Source: the human T2T-CHM13v2.0 reference genome, Homo sapiens. Taken from it: DNA of 64,000 nucleotides. The stretch lies in assembly GCF_009914755.1 (NCBI RefSeq), contig NC_060937.1; one strand, given 5' to 3'. The translations under genes and the position numbers were made by a program. Below are positions 62,620 through 64,000 of this stretch, in pieces; the stretch's first letter is position 1, and each line of letters begins with the position of its first letter. The notes under the pieces were generated by a model that was not told where the DNA came from, searched no databases, and saw only the letters and a program-made list of their open reading frames with translations.

Positions 62620-63290
62620 TAAAGTATGGAACTCACAAGAGGACTCTGAATTCTGGGGTGCTGAGCACATAGAAACTGAAGTCTTAAAAGAAAATATAAT
62701 TCTTATGGAGAATATGTAGAATAAAGAGACAAAAAGGCAGAACTCTGGGATAAACTAATCCTCACAGAGCGGAAGATAAAGCAGCAAGACCAGAAAGGAG
62801 TAATCAGATTTAAGAAAAATGTAAGGAGTTTGTAAGACCATGTAAATCAAGGGAAAGGAGTTACCAACAGTGTTAAATGTGGAAAGATGTAAAATTATTT
62901 AAAAAAAGAATTAATTTTTGAATTTAACTACAAATATGTCATTAGTGGTCTTCATGAGAATAATGACATTGTAAGTATTGAAGTTAAAGCTTTATTGCAA
63001 GGAATTGAGATATGGTTGGAGAGAGCAGACCTAGTGACTATAAATGAATTAGTCATGAGGTTTGCCTACAAGAAGATAAAACAGTACTGAAAAGAGAAGT
63101 GTCTTCAAGGAGCAGACAAAAAAAGCGATCTTTACTGGCTATACAATATCAAGCAATTTACTTAGCCTCTCTGAGATTTTAAATCCTTATTAGGCAAAAA
63201 AGCATAACAAAACCTAAGTAACATCGTGAAATAGTATGAAAGTGACATGTAATTCTGTAAAACACTATGCAAATGTCGTTAAAATGCTGC
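62620..63290. mobile_element. L2 remnant (minus) followed by MIR remnant (plus)
   Basis: ggcagaactctgggataaac...ccaacagtgttaaatg; then caagcaatttacttagcctctctgagattt...ctgtaaaacactatgcaaatg. Confidence 0.55.
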
Positions 63291-64000
63291 ATTAAGTAAT
63301 AGAAAATAGAACATAATAAAACTATGTTTTATTCACATGGAACTTTTTCAGGCATAAGAGTAAATATGAAGAACACTATATTTGAATAGTTTATGTGGCA
63401 TTATATGATTGTGAGCTCCATTTAGTTTGTGCTTTTTTTCTTTTCCTATTTATAGGTGGCATTTGTAGTCTTGTTACATCATTTTAAAAAGTAGGTTAGT
63501 GTCAAGGTAGCATAATCACAAATTAAGGGCTGCGAGTTTTGAATTATGCGAAGAAATCAAGAAAGTTAATGAAGCAAGTGGGTGCTCATATATGTGATCT
63601 TTTCATTATGAACAACAAACTTTGTAGTTTATTTTTCATGTTTTATGTAAAATAAACTGCATATAAAATTCATCCAACTGTTAATCACACAGCTAAGAAT
63701 GAGATAATCTGCAATAATTTGTATGACATTATATCACCAATACTAATTCCATTTGTTTTCTGCCATAATTACATTTTTATTTAAGTTAAATTTTTTGACT
63801 ACAGGGTTTTTTTGTTTGTTTGTTTTAATGCACAAGAGATTATATAACCCTTGATGTGGAATCTTCCAGAGTCTGTAAAAAAGCCATATTTTAATCTAAT
63901 AGTCCAGTGACTGTTGATTCTGCTTCTTCCTCCTATTTTATGATTCACTATAATACTGATGAATTTGTGGTAACTGCAGCCACCAAGTGTAACTGAACAC

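Overview
AT-rich primate (almost certainly human or great-ape) intergenic or deep-intronic DNA, dominated by interspersed repeats: Alu/FLAM/FRAM, L1 of many ages, HAL1, L2, MIR, MaLR LTRs, a decayed ERVL provirus and a Charlie1 hAT fossil. I find no intact protein-coding gene, RNA gene or CpG island; the longest recognisable ORFs are L1 ORF2 fragments. The only host-gene-derived sequence I recognise is an old, disabled processed pseudogene of RAC1 (about 17259-17801) whose 3' end is cut off by two tandem L1s. The most notable signal is a series of locally templated duplications of different ages. These are a 99-bp near-perfect inverted copy plus an inverted target-site copy at the 5' junction of an L1PA2-like insertion (56443-57950), an approx. 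120-bp inverted copy (303-421 vs 2615-2735), a 25-bp inverted copy inside an LTR (41323 vs 41816), an approx. 48-bp direct copy (9121 vs 11491) and short fold-backs. I see no evidence of a new gene system. Subfamily calls come from recalled consensus sequences and most boundaries are approximate.
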